Below are positions 19,461 to 28,765 of a stretch of 63,622 nucleotides of DNA, piece after piece; positions within the stretch are counted from its first letter, which is position 1, and every line of letters starts with the position of its first letter. The notes under the pieces are model-generated. The model was given only the letters and a program-made list of their open reading frames with translations, made no database searches and was not told the origin of the DNA. The stretch comes from a virus (Duplodnaviria > Caudoviricetes), in IMG/VR virus record IMGVR_UViG_3300045747_000073, positions 1 through 63,622 of that record. The stretch is one strand, 5' to 3'. Both the position numbers and the translations under genes were made by a program.

Positions 19461-19632
19461 CAGGCAGAGTATCAGTTAGGGAGCTAACTATCTCATCTGC
19501 CCAATTACCCTGTGGTCCTCGGTAGAGACACCTGTTATCATAGAAGATCTCTACCCAGCTATTACCAAATTCTACTCGGATCATAGCACCTTTCCTTCTT
19601 GCTTGTACTTCAGTAGAGCATCCAGATACCAC
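19420..19632 (-). CDS. Hypothetical protein
   Basis: Co-oriented ORF; true start probably MIRVEF. Confidence 0.5.
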   Translation of the reverse strand: MVSGCSTEVQARRKGAMIRVEFGNSWVEIFYDNRCLYRGPQGNWADEIVSSLTDTLPDADIEYVEIDFKD

Positions 19633-19991
19633 TTAGCCTTGCTCAACTCTTGTACCTCTTCGTCCTTAGACCCACAGCGCATCAAGTACTTATAGATCTG
19701 CCCAAACAAGTGTGATTCTACCCCGTCTTTCCCCTTCAGCATATACACCATCATTTCCATGTACTGGAATCCAGGGATGATATCTTTGTAGTGAGGCGGG
19801 TTTACTGCGTCCTTAGGTTTAGTACTAATAGCCCTATCCATTTCTTCACTCATCATAGCCCTTGTAGTTGGATGTTTGTATTCCATTCGTGGGTCAGTTT
19901 TAAAGAACATATTGTTCATCTGTTCGTCATAAAAGTCAGTCATTAGATCCTCCGTTGATTTTTCCCATAGACCCTCTTTGATTTTACTCAT
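19581..19991 (-). CDS. DUF3310 (T7 gp1.7/SaV-like) protein
   Basis: DAVNPPHY, KYLMRCGSK, ELSKAKWYL. Confidence 0.85.
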   Translation of the reverse strand: MSKIKEGLWEKSTEDLMTDFYDEQMNNMFFKTDPRMEYKHPTTRAMMSEEMDRAISTKPKDAVNPPHYKDIIPGFQYMEMMVYMLKGKDGVESHLFGQIYKYLMRCGSKDEEVQELSKAKWYLDALLKYKQEGKVL

Positions 19992-20239
19992 ATGTAGATC
20001 TTTCGTTTAGTGAATAATAGCACCCAGATAATACGCAATGACATCACGTAGATAAAGGTTAGGAATATTGCTTTAAACATTAGTGATCCTTAAAAGAAAC
20101 CCAGTACCATAAACCATAGATAGCAGTGATCATTAGGATTGGGATCATGCTGCGGGTGCTCCATCAGGCCAGTTGTCATCATCGTTGTTGAATACTAGGT
20201 AGGCAATTACTAGTACTACAGCTAAGAGAATGTAGTCGA

Positions 20240-20458
20240 TCATAAGGTTGTTTCCTTTAGCGAGTATAATTTGTAGTCTGTTTCAGGGTACCTCTCGCGT
20301 AGATTGGCTAGCTCTATTCTCATTTCATCAATCTCTGTTTTGTTATCATACATTACAGAGGGTCTGCCATCCCAAACAATACAGGAGTCATCTCCATTAA
20401 ACACAGCATGCTCTCTATTATCATCCAGCACAAACACTCTTGTGATTATGTATTTCAT
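20240..20458 (-). CDS. Hypothetical protein (72 aa)
   Basis: Coupled to the upstream stop. Confidence 0.6.
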   Translation of the reverse strand: MKYIITRVFVLDDNREHAVFNGDDSCIVWDGRPSVMYDNKTEIDEMRIELANLRERYPETDYKLYSLKETTL

Positions 20459-20886
20459 AAAAAGTACTCCATAACAGCGTCTACTGCATCATGCATATCC
20501 GTATGAATCTCAGTAGCATACTGGCTGATGAACGGGTGAACCCACTGCCCGGGAGCAAGATACACAATGATTATTTTGTTCTTGGTATGGGCGTGAGCGC
20601 ACTCAGCCACTGTACCCCATTTTGCCCCGGGAAGTTCGTTGCTTAGGTTTACCAAGAGAACCGACGAGTGATGTATGTCCTGTAGGTCACACTTGAAGAC
20701 ACGAGCGTCTGCATGTGCACATTTCGAATCAATGTAAGATACTCGTCGTGTTGGATCGAGGACATCAATGTTTCTAAGAGCAAGTCGGACTTTCGCTTCA
20801 TCTCGCCATTCATTAGCTTCGAGTTTGGTGAGACCTTCGATAGGGCCACAGAGGTATACATGTTGGCCATGTGGGAAGTGTTTCAT
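20455..20886 (-). CDS. Nucleoside 2-deoxyribosyltransferase-like protein
   Basis: VYLCGPI, WR, DP, DLQDI, GTVAE. Confidence 0.8.
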   Translation of the reverse strand: MKHFPHGQHVYLCGPIEGLTKLEANEWRDEAKVRLALRNIDVLDPTRRVSYIDSKCAHADARVFKCDLQDIHHSSVLLVNLSNELPGAKWGTVAECAHAHTKNKIIIVYLAPGQWVHPFISQYATEIHTDMHDAVDAVMEYFL

Positions 20887-21037
20887 TTAGTATCATCCAA
20901 GGTCAGCATCACTTCTACTGTCTCATCATCGTTCAGCTTAATAGAGAACTCAGGAGCAAACTGATGGATCCCATTAATCTGATCTGAGAAGTAATGCATG
21001 ATTGCTTCTAGGATTTCTGTTTCTGAGAGGGTAATTT

Positions 21038-21340
21038 TCATGTCAATTCCTTATGTATCTTCAAATCATCAGCAGTGAACCACAACCCACCTTGAGAAGC
21101 AGGTCGTTGGTGACTGGTGTATGAGTGAATTTCAACCACACACCATACCCGATCTCGCTTAGATAGGTGGGGTGCAATGGGTTCAGCACAACAATGCCAA
21201 CCGGGTCGGAAGGCAAATCCTTTAGTTGGGTGTTCTTCTGCATCGTACACTTCTCCTTTGTGTAGTCGTTGCTTACGGTTGATGAACAGTGGGCCGTATG
21301 ACCCGTCTTTTCGTTTACGAAATAGTTTGTAGGCGATCAT
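21038..21340 (-). CDS. Hypothetical protein (100 aa)
   Basis: Co-oriented ORF coupled to neighbours. Confidence 0.65.
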   Translation of the reverse strand: MIAYKLFRKRKDGSYGPLFINRKQRLHKGEVYDAEEHPTKGFAFRPGWHCCAEPIAPHLSKRDRVWCVVEIHSYTSHQRPASQGGLWFTADDLKIHKELT

Positions 21341-21464
21341 AGTAGTTGCTCAAGCTTCTGAGTAAGATGAATTAGGATATCCATCCATTCAGATTCATTG
21401 TAATGTTCTTCTGCCCACTCGATCATATCGGTGAGCAGCTCTTTCTCGTCATCTGTTAGTGTGA

Positions 21465-22454
21465 TCATACACTCACCGGGTCGGTCGTAGACACGACCTC
21501 CTTCAAAGCCTTCTTCCAAGCCTTAGCCTTCAATGCAGCACCCGTACCGAACATAGCTGAATCCATGCGAGTATCATTACTACGTCCACGCAGATGATCC
21601 ACAACGTAGGTGACCCCATTGATAATACCCCACATAGTTTCTTCTGCACCTTTGCCATTCTTGTATCCATCATAAAAGTTCTTGAACATACGCGATTCGT
21701 TAGCATACTTGTTAGCTTCATCAGCATCAAGGATTTTACCAGCAAGGAACTCAGCGTACCAATGCTTTGCTACTTCATCAGTGACTTTCCAGTCGTGCAT
21801 TTCATTAGCCATTCCCGCAAATTCGTCGAATTCGTTTTCGATTAGCCCCAAATCCATTTTGACTTGTTCAGCATTAAAGAAGGTGGAGTGAGGCACCCGG
21901 ATAGCTGCTTCTTTATTGTTCAAACATAGGCTCAGGGTGTTGTTGCATACTACTCGAATAGAGGTGTGCTTAACGGTGGTTGCCATAGAGCCATCAGCAC
22001 TTGTAGCAATTAGTATATAGGATTTAACAACATCTGTATTACCGATTGTTGTCTTAATGCCTGTAGATGCGAGTGCCCAGAATCTAGAGCTTTGTTTGAT
22101 TACCCCTGCGGTGTTAAGAACAAGTTTGTTTTGATTGCAAAGATCAGTAAAGAAGCCCATTACTTCTCGGGGTTGTACTAGGTTGTAGCCTTCGGATACT
22201 GTTGAAATTGGCTTGTGGCTATCCCCACGATATAGTACATGCTTTGTGGGCATGTTGTGGGTTAACCCGTTTTTATCGACAAAGCATACTGGTGATCGTT
22301 CAATATGGAAGTCCATACCTGACGCGGTTAACCAAGTTTCTTCGCTTGAGTTAACAGGTACAACCACTTCTAGCCCATGCCATGACTGGTCAGTTCCTTC
22401 TAGTCGGCCCATTGTGTACGTTCCATCTTTGCGTTGGTCTAATTCGTGTGCCAT
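21465..22454 (-). CDS. DUF932/DUF945-family protein
   Basis: MAHEL, WHGL, YNLVQP, SADGS, IRVVCNNT, WGIINGVTYVVDH. Confidence 0.88.
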   Translation of the reverse strand: MAHELDQRKDGTYTMGRLEGTDQSWHGLEVVVPVNSSEETWLTASGMDFHIERSPVCFVDKNGLTHNMPTKHVLYRGDSHKPISTVSEGYNLVQPREVMGFFTDLCNQNKLVLNTAGVIKQSSRFWALASTGIKTTIGNTDVVKSYILIATSADGSMATTVKHTSIRVVCNNTLSLCLNNKEAAIRVPHSTFFNAEQVKMDLGLIENEFDEFAGMANEMHDWKVTDEVAKHWYAEFLAGKILDADEANKYANESRMFKNFYDGYKNGKGAEETMWGIINGVTYVVDHLRGRSNDTRMDSAMFGTGAALKAKAWKKALKEVVSTTDPVSV

Positions 22455-22471
22455 AATATCTTTCTGTTAGT

Positions 22472-22512
22472 AAAAAAAAATAGGGAGAAAATACAATTAA
22501 GTATCTTCTCCC
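22472..22512 (-). terminator. Rho-independent terminator after the free-standing endonuclease
   Basis: GGGAGAA...TTCTCCC stem followed by a U9 tract on the minus strand. Confidence 0.75.
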
Positions 22513-22515
22513 GGT

Positions 22516-23094
22516 TTATCGTGTGAAAGTGTGGTTTCTATTGTGCTTACGTCGCCCTGACAAGCAGTTGTATATGATCTCAGGGCTAAACCCTAAATCT
22601 CGCATTTCTTTTTGGTTGTGCAAAATTATCTGTTCGCCCGTGTCCCTATTGGTAGCTGTTACAGGCCCTTTGTATGTTGGGTTGTTTTCTCCGGAAGTAT
22701 CTTTCTTTCTCCTAGCTTCAGACATTTTCTGTCTGTGCTCGTCTGAGAACTGCCTTCCTTTCTGGCTTTCAGATATTCTTTTGCATTGCTCTGGTGTCCT
22801 TTTAGACCCAAGGTTCCAGTTGCTGCCTAGTTGCCCGTCACCACCTTCGGTTAGGTTGGCTAACTCGTAGCCTTCTTGCTTAAAGAATGAGATCATTCCC
22901 ATTTCGTACTTTAATGCATCTTCATGTGTCTCAAAGTGTTTTAGGTAGTCACTAACAAACCCGTGCTTGGCTACTATTCTTTTCCAGAACCTGTTTCTGC
23001 CAGAAGACACATTCTTTCGTCCATCTTTTCCTTTACCTATGTAGAAGGGCCGAAGCTCGTCTTTTGTAAAGTGTATGTATACATAGTGTTTCAT
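22516..23094 (-). CDS. GIY-YIG homing endonuclease with NUMOD3-like repeats
   Basis: YVYIH...FYIGKG, NLTEGGDG, SDEHRQKMSEA. Confidence 0.85.
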   Translation of the reverse strand: MKHYVYIHFTKDELRPFYIGKGKDGRKNVSSGRNRFWKRIVAKHGFVSDYLKHFETHEDALKYEMGMISFFKQEGYELANLTEGGDGQLGSNWNLGSKRTPEQCKRISESQKGRQFSDEHRQKMSEARRKKDTSGENNPTYKGPVTATNRDTGEQIILHNQKEMRDLGFSPEIIYNCLSGRRKHNRNHTFTR

Positions 23095-23108
23095 TTCGTC
23101 CCTCCTTT

Positions 23109-23125
23109 CTATTAGGTACCAGCTA
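23109..23125 (-). promoter_or_regulatory. Putative phage RNAP promoter TAGCTGGTACCTAATAG
   Basis: 17-bp family copy followed by AAAGGAGG RBS. Confidence 0.82.
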
Positions 23126-23435
23126 ATTTACTCCATATTACAAGGGATATACTTCACAATATGACAGCTATTCCTCACAATAAACGGCTTACCAGTCTTG
23201 TTCAAGGTAAAGCCATCAACCCGATACAGGCCCACTCGGGATACTGCAATGAGATCCTGATTGATCACATTCGTCACCCGGTAGACCCGTGTGCCTGTCG
23301 GTTGGTAGACCTTTGCGAATTGACCGTTTACGAATTGGGTTGTCTTCGGGAATTTCATAATCATTCATCCATTGGTTATAAGGGTTATCAAAATCAAGTT
23401 CACCTGTGGTGTATCCAACAGGTACAACTACGCTC

Positions 23436-23681
23436 TCAGGGTTCATCTTGGTACAGTTCCACCTCTGTCCATGCAGCAGGGTGGCAGATTGCTCCAAGGT
23501 GATCACGACAGAGCGAGTACATACCATCTATATGGTTCAAGGTTAAAATGTCACCTAGGCCCACTTTCATGGAGAATGGAGCGCCTTCTGCTTGTGGATC
23601 AATGATGACAAATTTGTCACCACGCTTCAGTTCGTATAGCTTAGTCATCGTAGTCTGGCACCGGGAAGTTTTCTTCAGCAT
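23436..23681 (-). CDS. Hypothetical protein
   Basis: KLYELKRG..HIDGMYSLC; true start probably MTKLY. Confidence 0.55.
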   Translation of the reverse strand: MLKKTSRCQTTMTKLYELKRGDKFVIIDPQAEGAPFSMKVGLGDILTLNHIDGMYSLCRDHLGAICHPAAWTEVELYQDEP

Positions 23682-23979
23682 CCTTCTTCATTTGTTCGTA
23701 GGCACCATCAACAATCTCGTCAATGGCTTGTTCAGACAAGAGGTCAGTGATGTCAACACCATGAACTCTTGCTGACCAAAGGACTAATGACTCAGGATAG
23801 CCGGGGGCTACGTCTGAACCTTGGTCTTCTGGCTCGTACTCAAGCTCACAATCAATCCATCTACCTTTTACGTCATGTTGATATTCGTATAAGCTGTTCA
23901 TGCATTCTCCATTACTAAAATGATCTGCTGGAATGCCTGCATAAGCATCATTTGGTGTTGTGGCTGTAGTTGATGCCAT
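23641..23979 (-). CDS. Hypothetical acidic protein
   Basis: True start probably MNSLYEY after GGAG. Confidence 0.55.
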   Translation of the reverse strand: MASTTATTPNDAYAGIPADHFSNGECMNSLYEYQHDVKGRWIDCELEYEPEDQGSDVAPGYPESLVLWSARVHGVDITDLLSEQAIDEIVDGAYEQMKKDAEENFPVPDYDD

Positions 23980-24046
23980 GTTGGTTTGGGTGGTACACCG
24001 GGTCGTGTTTCAACCCATTTCAAACGCATAGCCTCGTACATCTTTT

Positions 24047-24250
24047 CTACATCAGACATTTCTGTGCCTCCATTGTGATTTCCCTAATGTTGCTACAAAG
24101 GTTCTCGATAGTACCCAAATCGTACTTCTCGTAGTTACGTACTGCTTGGTAGCAGTTCTCTAGTGCCCTCCAAGCCTCATCAGCATGTACTGCCTTAGTA
24201 GCTTCATGGGCTTCTTGCTCCATGTCAAAGGTTAGTGTTAGTTTGCTCAT
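24047..24250 (-). CDS. Hypothetical protein (67 aa)
   Basis: Coupled start/stop. Confidence 0.6.
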   Translation of the reverse strand: MSKLTLTFDMEQEAHEATKAVHADEAWRALENCYQAVRNYEKYDLGTIENLCSNIREITMEAQKCLM

Positions 24251-24798
24251 TCTAGTGCCTCTTTTATCTGGTTGTAGATTTCAACACTGCTAACTTTGGG
24301 TTTAGAGTGGCCTTTGTTATGGAACCACTCGAACCACTCAAGTGCTGTTTGCAGTGCAGCGTCTTTGCGGTTAATGGCGGCAAGCCCATCATTGGCTACA
24401 GCCGTTATCGTCTTGTTGGACAGAGTGAGTGCAGTTGTCAGCCGTTTAATCTCATCACTTAGAGGCTCTGGCTTGCTGGGCTGTGCGGCTGCTTTCTTTC
24501 CAGCAGCAAAGCCACTCATGTAGGCTATGGTCAGGTCGGGACCACTCTCAGGCTCAGGCACTGGCGGGTGGGTGTAGAGCTTGTCTTTATTTTTCAACGT
24601 GTCAAATCCGTAAGCAGTAGGCGCAATGTCAAACGGGCCATGATCCATGTTTCCAACGTAGGCAATAGCCACAGGCTTACTCGGCTCTGCCATAGCAGCA
24701 GTCAGGGCGGCGATGGCTTTGGTGTGGATTACAGGAGCGTATAAACAATCCCACTCAAGCGCCTCCAGCGCCAGTTTCATTGCGGTGATGTGTGTCAT
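24247..24798 (-). CDS. Hypothetical mosaic protein (183 aa)
   Basis: AGGAG RBS; ALEALE and PSKP modules typical of modular phage early proteins. Confidence 0.65.
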   Translation of the reverse strand: MTHITAMKLALEALEWDCLYAPVIHTKAIAALTAAMAEPSKPVAIAYVGNMDHGPFDIAPTAYGFDTLKNKDKLYTHPPVPEPESGPDLTIAYMSGFAAGKKAAAQPSKPEPLSDEIKRLTTALTLSNKTITAVANDGLAAINRKDAALQTALEWFEWFHNKGHSKPKVSSVEIYNQIKEALE

Positions 24799-25021
24799 TT
24801 CAATCTCCTAAGTATCACAGCAATAGGCCATAGTACAATGGTTACTGCTAGGGCATAGAGTAGTTTAATCGGGTTCATTGGTTAGCTCTCGGTACCTCTT
24901 CCAGATTTCTGCTCGTTCTTCCGCATAGTAGCCATCAGTCAGGTACTCTGGGTTTTCCATGATGTGGATTAGCAACTGTTTTATGTTCATCTGGGATGTT
25001 TTCATAATATAAAACGGTTTA

Positions 25022-25057
25022 CCCGGAGAATACACAAATTAATGTATATCCTCCGGG
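25022..25057 (-). terminator. Stem-loop after ssb (terminator or processing site)
   Basis: CCCGGAG...CTCCGGG; shares GGAGAA-TAC-AATTAA-GTAT-CTCC layout with 22483-22512. Confidence 0.55.
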
Positions 25058-25064
25058 GTGGTGG

Positions 25065-25577
25065 TTAGAATTGGTCGTCGAATGCTTCTTTAGCATCACC
25101 ATTGGTTTCAACAACATCAAAGTCAACTGACGATGTTGGCTCATACTTAACCAGTTTAGTGATCTGAACAGCGATCAGCATAGTGCTGGTACCTGACTTG
25201 GTTACTTTACCAGTCTTGGGATTTTTAATTTCATACGGTTGCTGAAGAACAAGGATGTTACCAACAGAGCCATTACCAATGACCTTAGGGTCAAGTGGAA
25301 GTTTGTTCTGGTCAACAACACGTACCTTAGCTGCCTCAGAACCATCCTTCTTGAAGGCGTTCTTGCTAAGGTTGATACATACCATTGAGTCATCATCTTT
25401 GCTAGCAGGACGAGTCTTACCGAACTTGGCTAGTTCAGACTCACGAGCCTTAGGCACTGATGCCTGTACTTCGTAAATCTTTTTGTCTCCTGAGTAGTTG
25501 TCGGTAGGTTCAGCAAGCTTGACCCATTTGAGGGTAACGTTGTTGATGATGAGGTTGGTTTTGACGGATTCAGTCAT
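25065..25577 (-). CDS. ssb: Single-stranded DNA-binding protein (T7 gp2.5-like)
   Basis: IGNGSVGNI, AVQITKLVKY, acidic tail ending DDQF. Confidence 0.8.
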   Translation of the reverse strand: MTESVKTNLIINNVTLKWVKLAEPTDNYSGDKKIYEVQASVPKARESELAKFGKTRPASKDDDSMVCINLSKNAFKKDGSEAAKVRVVDQNKLPLDPKVIGNGSVGNILVLQQPYEIKNPKTGKVTKSGTSTMLIAVQITKLVKYEPTSSVDFDVVETNGDAKEAFDDQF

Positions 25578-25604
25578 TTGTGTCTTTCAGTTGAAGATAC
25601 CGAT

Positions 25605-25621
25605 TAGCCGGTACCTAATAG
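25605..25621 (+). promoter_or_regulatory. Putative late promoter TAGCCGGTACCTAATAG
   Basis: 23 bp (25599-25621) identical to 31473-31495 upstream of terL. Confidence 0.85.
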
Positions 25622-25661
25622 GAAGGCTCTAATAGTAGAACCTAATTAATAAGGATAAATT

Positions 25662-26036
25662 ATGTCAGAAGTTAGCAAAGCGGATAAATATCCACAGCTT
25701 ATTCCTTTCAACAGTGAGGCTGCACGGGCTGCACAGCGTAAATCAACAGAACAAAAGTGGTGCCAACGGGCTGTTGCAGAAAACTACAAGCTTAATGCTC
25801 GTACTTTCATCAAGATCATGGCTGATTTGCCTGACCTTGGCCCCTTGGAAATTATGAAATTAGCCATACACGACGCACTAGATAAGAGCGATTTTGAGGC
25901 TGCTGCCAAGTATGCGTCTATGCTTGCCGAATATCAAATGCCCAAACTTGCTCGAATTGAATCTACGGTGACCACTCGCACGTCAGACCTCTCTGATGAG
26001 GAGCTTAAGGCTATCATTGACAAGGAAGGATTATAA
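25662..26036 (+). CDS. Putative terminase small subunit
   Basis: Helical 124-aa protein with AEYQMPKLARIE and DLSDEEL tail; same promoter as terL; no terS next to terL. Confidence 0.6.
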   Translation: MSEVSKADKYPQLIPFNSEAARAAQRKSTEQKWCQRAVAENYKLNARTFIKIMADLPDLGPLEIMKLAIHDALDKSDFEAAAKYASMLAEYQMPKLARIESTVTTRTSDLSDEELKAIIDKEGL

Positions 26037-26037
26037 T

Positions 26038-26664
26038 ATGTTTTTCGTATATCTCCATAAGAAAGGAGATACGGGCGAACCTTTCTATGTTGGTAAAGGT
26101 ACAGGTAAGAGGATTTATTTTCACTCTGGCCGAAACCAATGGTGGCATAATATTGTTGCTAAACATGGTATAGCCTACGAGTTCTTAGGTTACTTCGAAC
26201 TTGAGGTGGACGCTTTCGCGTATGAGAAGGACAGGATTGCCTTCTATCGTTCAGAGGGCTACACTTTATGTAACCTTACTGATGGTGGTGAGGGTGCATC
26301 TGGTCGTGTTCTTTCGGAAGAATCTCGTGCCAAGATGATTGCTTCTGCCAAGGCTAAACCAGCACAATCACAAGAGGCTAGAACTAAACGTAGCCAATCT
26401 ATGTCTGGTCGTGTTCGTAGCCCTGAGCACTGTGCTGCTCTTAGTGAAGTTCAGAAAGGTAAACCACATAGCTCTGAGCATACAGCAAAGGTTGCTCTCG
26501 CTCGTCTTGGTATGAAGCTTTCTGATGAAACTAAAGCCCGTATGTCTGCCTCTAGCAAGACCCGTCCTCCTATCTCCGAGGAAACAAGGCAGAGGCTTCG
26601 TGATGTTGCTGTTCTTCGTGAACAAGCTAAGAAGCAGGCACAAGCCTTACTCACTCTCCTATAG
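26038..26664 (+). CDS. GIY-YIG homing endonuclease with NUMOD3 repeats
   Basis: FVYLH...FYVGKG, NLTDGGEG, repeated SEE(T/S)R motifs; ATG 26038. Confidence 0.85.
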   Translation: MFFVYLHKKGDTGEPFYVGKGTGKRIYFHSGRNQWWHNIVAKHGIAYEFLGYFELEVDAFAYEKDRIAFYRSEGYTLCNLTDGGEGASGRVLSEESRAKMIASAKAKPAQSQEARTKRSQSMSGRVRSPEHCAALSEVQKGKPHSSEHTAKVALARLGMKLSDETKARMSASSKTRPPISEETRQRLRDVAVLREQAKKQAQALLTLL

Positions 26665-26674
26665 GTACCGGCTA
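26658..26674 (-). promoter_or_regulatory. Putative phage RNAP promoter TAGCCGGTACCTATAGG
   Basis: 17-bp family copy facing ssb across the inverted cassette. Confidence 0.8.
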
Positions 26675-26682
26675 GGGTTGCC

Positions 26683-26889
26683 TTACCCTGCAACGATCTC
26701 TGGGGTCTTCTCAAACAACCCTTGCAAGATCCCTGCAACAGTCGTATCCCCGTAGGAATAGCTCTTTATGCAATTCGCTACGTGGGTTTCTGTCTCGTAC
26801 TCTTGTGCTTCAGGGTTTGAGTACGATGCCTGAACAGTATACCCATTAGCTACCTTCTGAACTGTTACTAAGCGCAATTCTCTTGGCAT
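26683..26889 (-). CDS. Hypothetical early protein
   Basis: AAGGAG RBS; VQKVANGYTV. Confidence 0.6.
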   Translation of the reverse strand: MPRELRLVTVQKVANGYTVQASYSNPEAQEYETETHVANCIKSYSYGDTTVAGILQGLFEKTPEIVAG

Positions 26890-27307
26890 TTTCTAACTCC
26901 TTAATTAATGCTAATCTACTCATCTTCTCTTTCCAACCGGGTGCTGGTACGTTCATCCTCCTATGCTTGCTTAAGAATCTATTCTCTACAGGATCCCACG
27001 GGTTAAGCTTACCTTTGTAGTGGATGTAGTGGTAGTTCTTGTCACAGAAATCTTCCCTAGCTACAGTAATCTCCTCCACATCATCAGTGATGTATGGGGT
27101 GGGTTTACCGGGCCTTACTGGGGTTACTATGGCTGTTAGCTTGTTTGTGCCTAGTATTACCGGGTTTCCTTCACTGGGTCTTTGGTAGTAGATGAATGGG
27201 CAGTACTCACGGCCTTGTTCATCGATCCTAGGTGGGGAGTCGATCTGGATTGTCCAGTGGTAGTAGGTGACGATGTGGTATTGCTGATCTTTTTCAATAA
27301 TAGACAT
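26846..27307 (-). CDS. Hypothetical early protein (153 aa)
   Basis: Co-oriented ORF. Confidence 0.6.
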   Translation of the reverse strand: MSIIEKDQQYHIVTYYHWTIQIDSPPRIDEQGREYCPFIYYQRPSEGNPVILGTNKLTAIVTPVRPGKPTPYITDDVEEITVAREDFCDKNYHYIHYKGKLNPWDPVENRFLSKHRRMNVPAPGWKEKMSRLALIKELENAKRIALSNSSEGS

Positions 27308-27362
27308 ACCTGCTTTCTTGTTGGGGGAAGGTTAGTGTAGCCGTGGGTTAGGTAACAGAAGG

Positions 27363-27620
27363 TCATTTTGAATGTTTTCCTATCAAGTAAATAACTTCGT
27401 TCAGGTTGATCGTACCCATATTACAGGTGAAGTCACCATTGTCTTTAGTGTGATTAACAAAGTAACTCATCAACCCGGGATATCGCCAGTAGTCAGTGGA
27501 ACAGTAGATGACTATGCCTGTGTTGCCTAGGTGGATCTCGTTACGGCCTTCAAAGAGTAAGTCATCCTTTAGTGAGTACTCAATGTTGAGGGAGGCAAGA
27601 GCTGTCAAGAGTTCTTTCAT
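27363..27620 (-). CDS. Hypothetical early protein (85 aa)
   Basis: AGGAG RBS. Confidence 0.6.
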   Translation of the reverse strand: MKELLTALASLNIEYSLKDDLLFEGRNEIHLGNTGIVIYCSTDYWRYPGLMSYFVNHTKDNGDFTCNMGTINLNEVIYLIGKHSK

Positions 27621-27623
27621 TTG

Positions 27624-27950
27624 TTATACTCCTACACATGGATACATTTTAGTCAAGATGAATGCAACAGAGTCCCTAGCATCTAACTTCAATGCAGATT
27701 CACCGTTAGCGCCCTTAGAGACACTAGTGATGACCTCCCCTATCCTTGTGAATAAAAACTTGCCTGAGACCCCTTCTGGTACACAGATGCGTGTGTCTGA
27801 GGCTACACCTAGGATGAACCCTAGAGCGTATGCTTGGGCGGCATCGTTACCGTTGATACGATCGTTTAAAGTCTTTGTATCGATGAATCCTGCCTGTGCT
27901 GTTAGTGCAACAAAGGACAAGAGTAATGTAGCTATGCTGTATTTTTTCAT
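27624..27950 (-). CDS. Secreted Rap1a/Tai-like protein
   Basis: Signal peptide (AQA), GFILGVASD, ICVPEGV, terminal YPC. Confidence 0.6.
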   Translation of the reverse strand: MKKYSIATLLLSFVALTAQAGFIDTKTLNDRINGNDAAQAYALGFILGVASDTRICVPEGVSGKFLFTRIGEVITSVSKGANGESALKLDARDSVAFILTKMYPCVGV

Positions 27951-28231
27951 TCTGGATCCTTCACTTCTATTACATCAAATACTGCTATACAACCTTCCAT
28001 AGGTTTAATACCATCGTTGTAGAGTGATTCTCCAATGTTATCAAAGAACCTGCGATTGTGACCAATACCAGTAATATGATCACATACAGCAAGAAGTAAC
28101 GATGCTTCTTCTAGAGTGAGGCTGATGTTGATGGATGTAACTTGAGGAACCATTTTGGTGGTTGTTGTGTAGATCATTCCGAAATATCTCCTGTTAGTTC
28201 TATCTTGGATACAGGTGCACCTTGTACACAT
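27947..28231 (-). CDS. Hypothetical early protein
   Basis: True start probably MIYTTT. Confidence 0.5.
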   Translation of the reverse strand: MCTRCTCIQDRTNRRYFGMIYTTTTKMVPQVTSINISLTLEEASLLLAVCDHITGIGHNRRFFDNIGESLYNDGIKPMEGCIAVFDVIEVKDPE

Positions 28232-28357
28232 AGCGATGAATACAAGTCACCAGCTAACTTAGCGCTAATACGCGAGCACCAAGCCCGTATCTCTGAGGCT
28301 TCTTCCTCAGTGGGCCTTAGGGTGAAGGTCTTGGTTGTTGTTGGGGTAAGGTTCATA

Positions 28358-28672
28358 CTAGCTTGCCATCTCCCTAAGTTCTCTGATTGATAATGTACTA
28401 ACAAATAACAAGAAGAAGATCCTTGTATCTGTCATCTCACCCGGTTTACCAAAGCCATCATTGTAAGCGGCATCGCTGCTGGATAGTTTTCGTGTGATTT
28501 GATAGGCGTTATATGCGCCAAGCTTTTCCGCTGTGTAGCAGATACCATTGGCATAGCTACCGTAGTTGGCCTCTAGTGTTCCTCTTTCGAGGATCTGTCT
28601 ACATGCTGTTCGGTATGCAGTCATGTCGTTGATTGAGAATTTAGGACGTAGTCCAATAGCTATGCTATTCAT
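28358..28672 (-). CDS. Hypothetical early protein (104 aa)
   Basis: Co-oriented ORF; its first codons overlap double-hairpin copy C. Confidence 0.55.
   Translation of the reverse strand: MNSIAIGLRPKFSINDMTAYRTACRQILERGTLEANYGSYANGICYTAEKLGAYNAYQITRKLSSSDAAYNDGFGKPGEMTDTRIFFLLFVSTLSIRELREMAS
28643..28668. promoter_or_regulatory. Double-hairpin element, copy C
   Basis: AGGAC-GTA-GTCCA-ATAGC-TAT-GCTAT. Confidence 0.6.
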
Positions 28673-28765
28673 GCTTTCACCCTTTTCATGATTAGTGCTA
28701 ATATAACAAAGATTAAGAATAGTATCAGTTCCATAGGTTACTCCACAATTTGTTTCGTAACTGCG

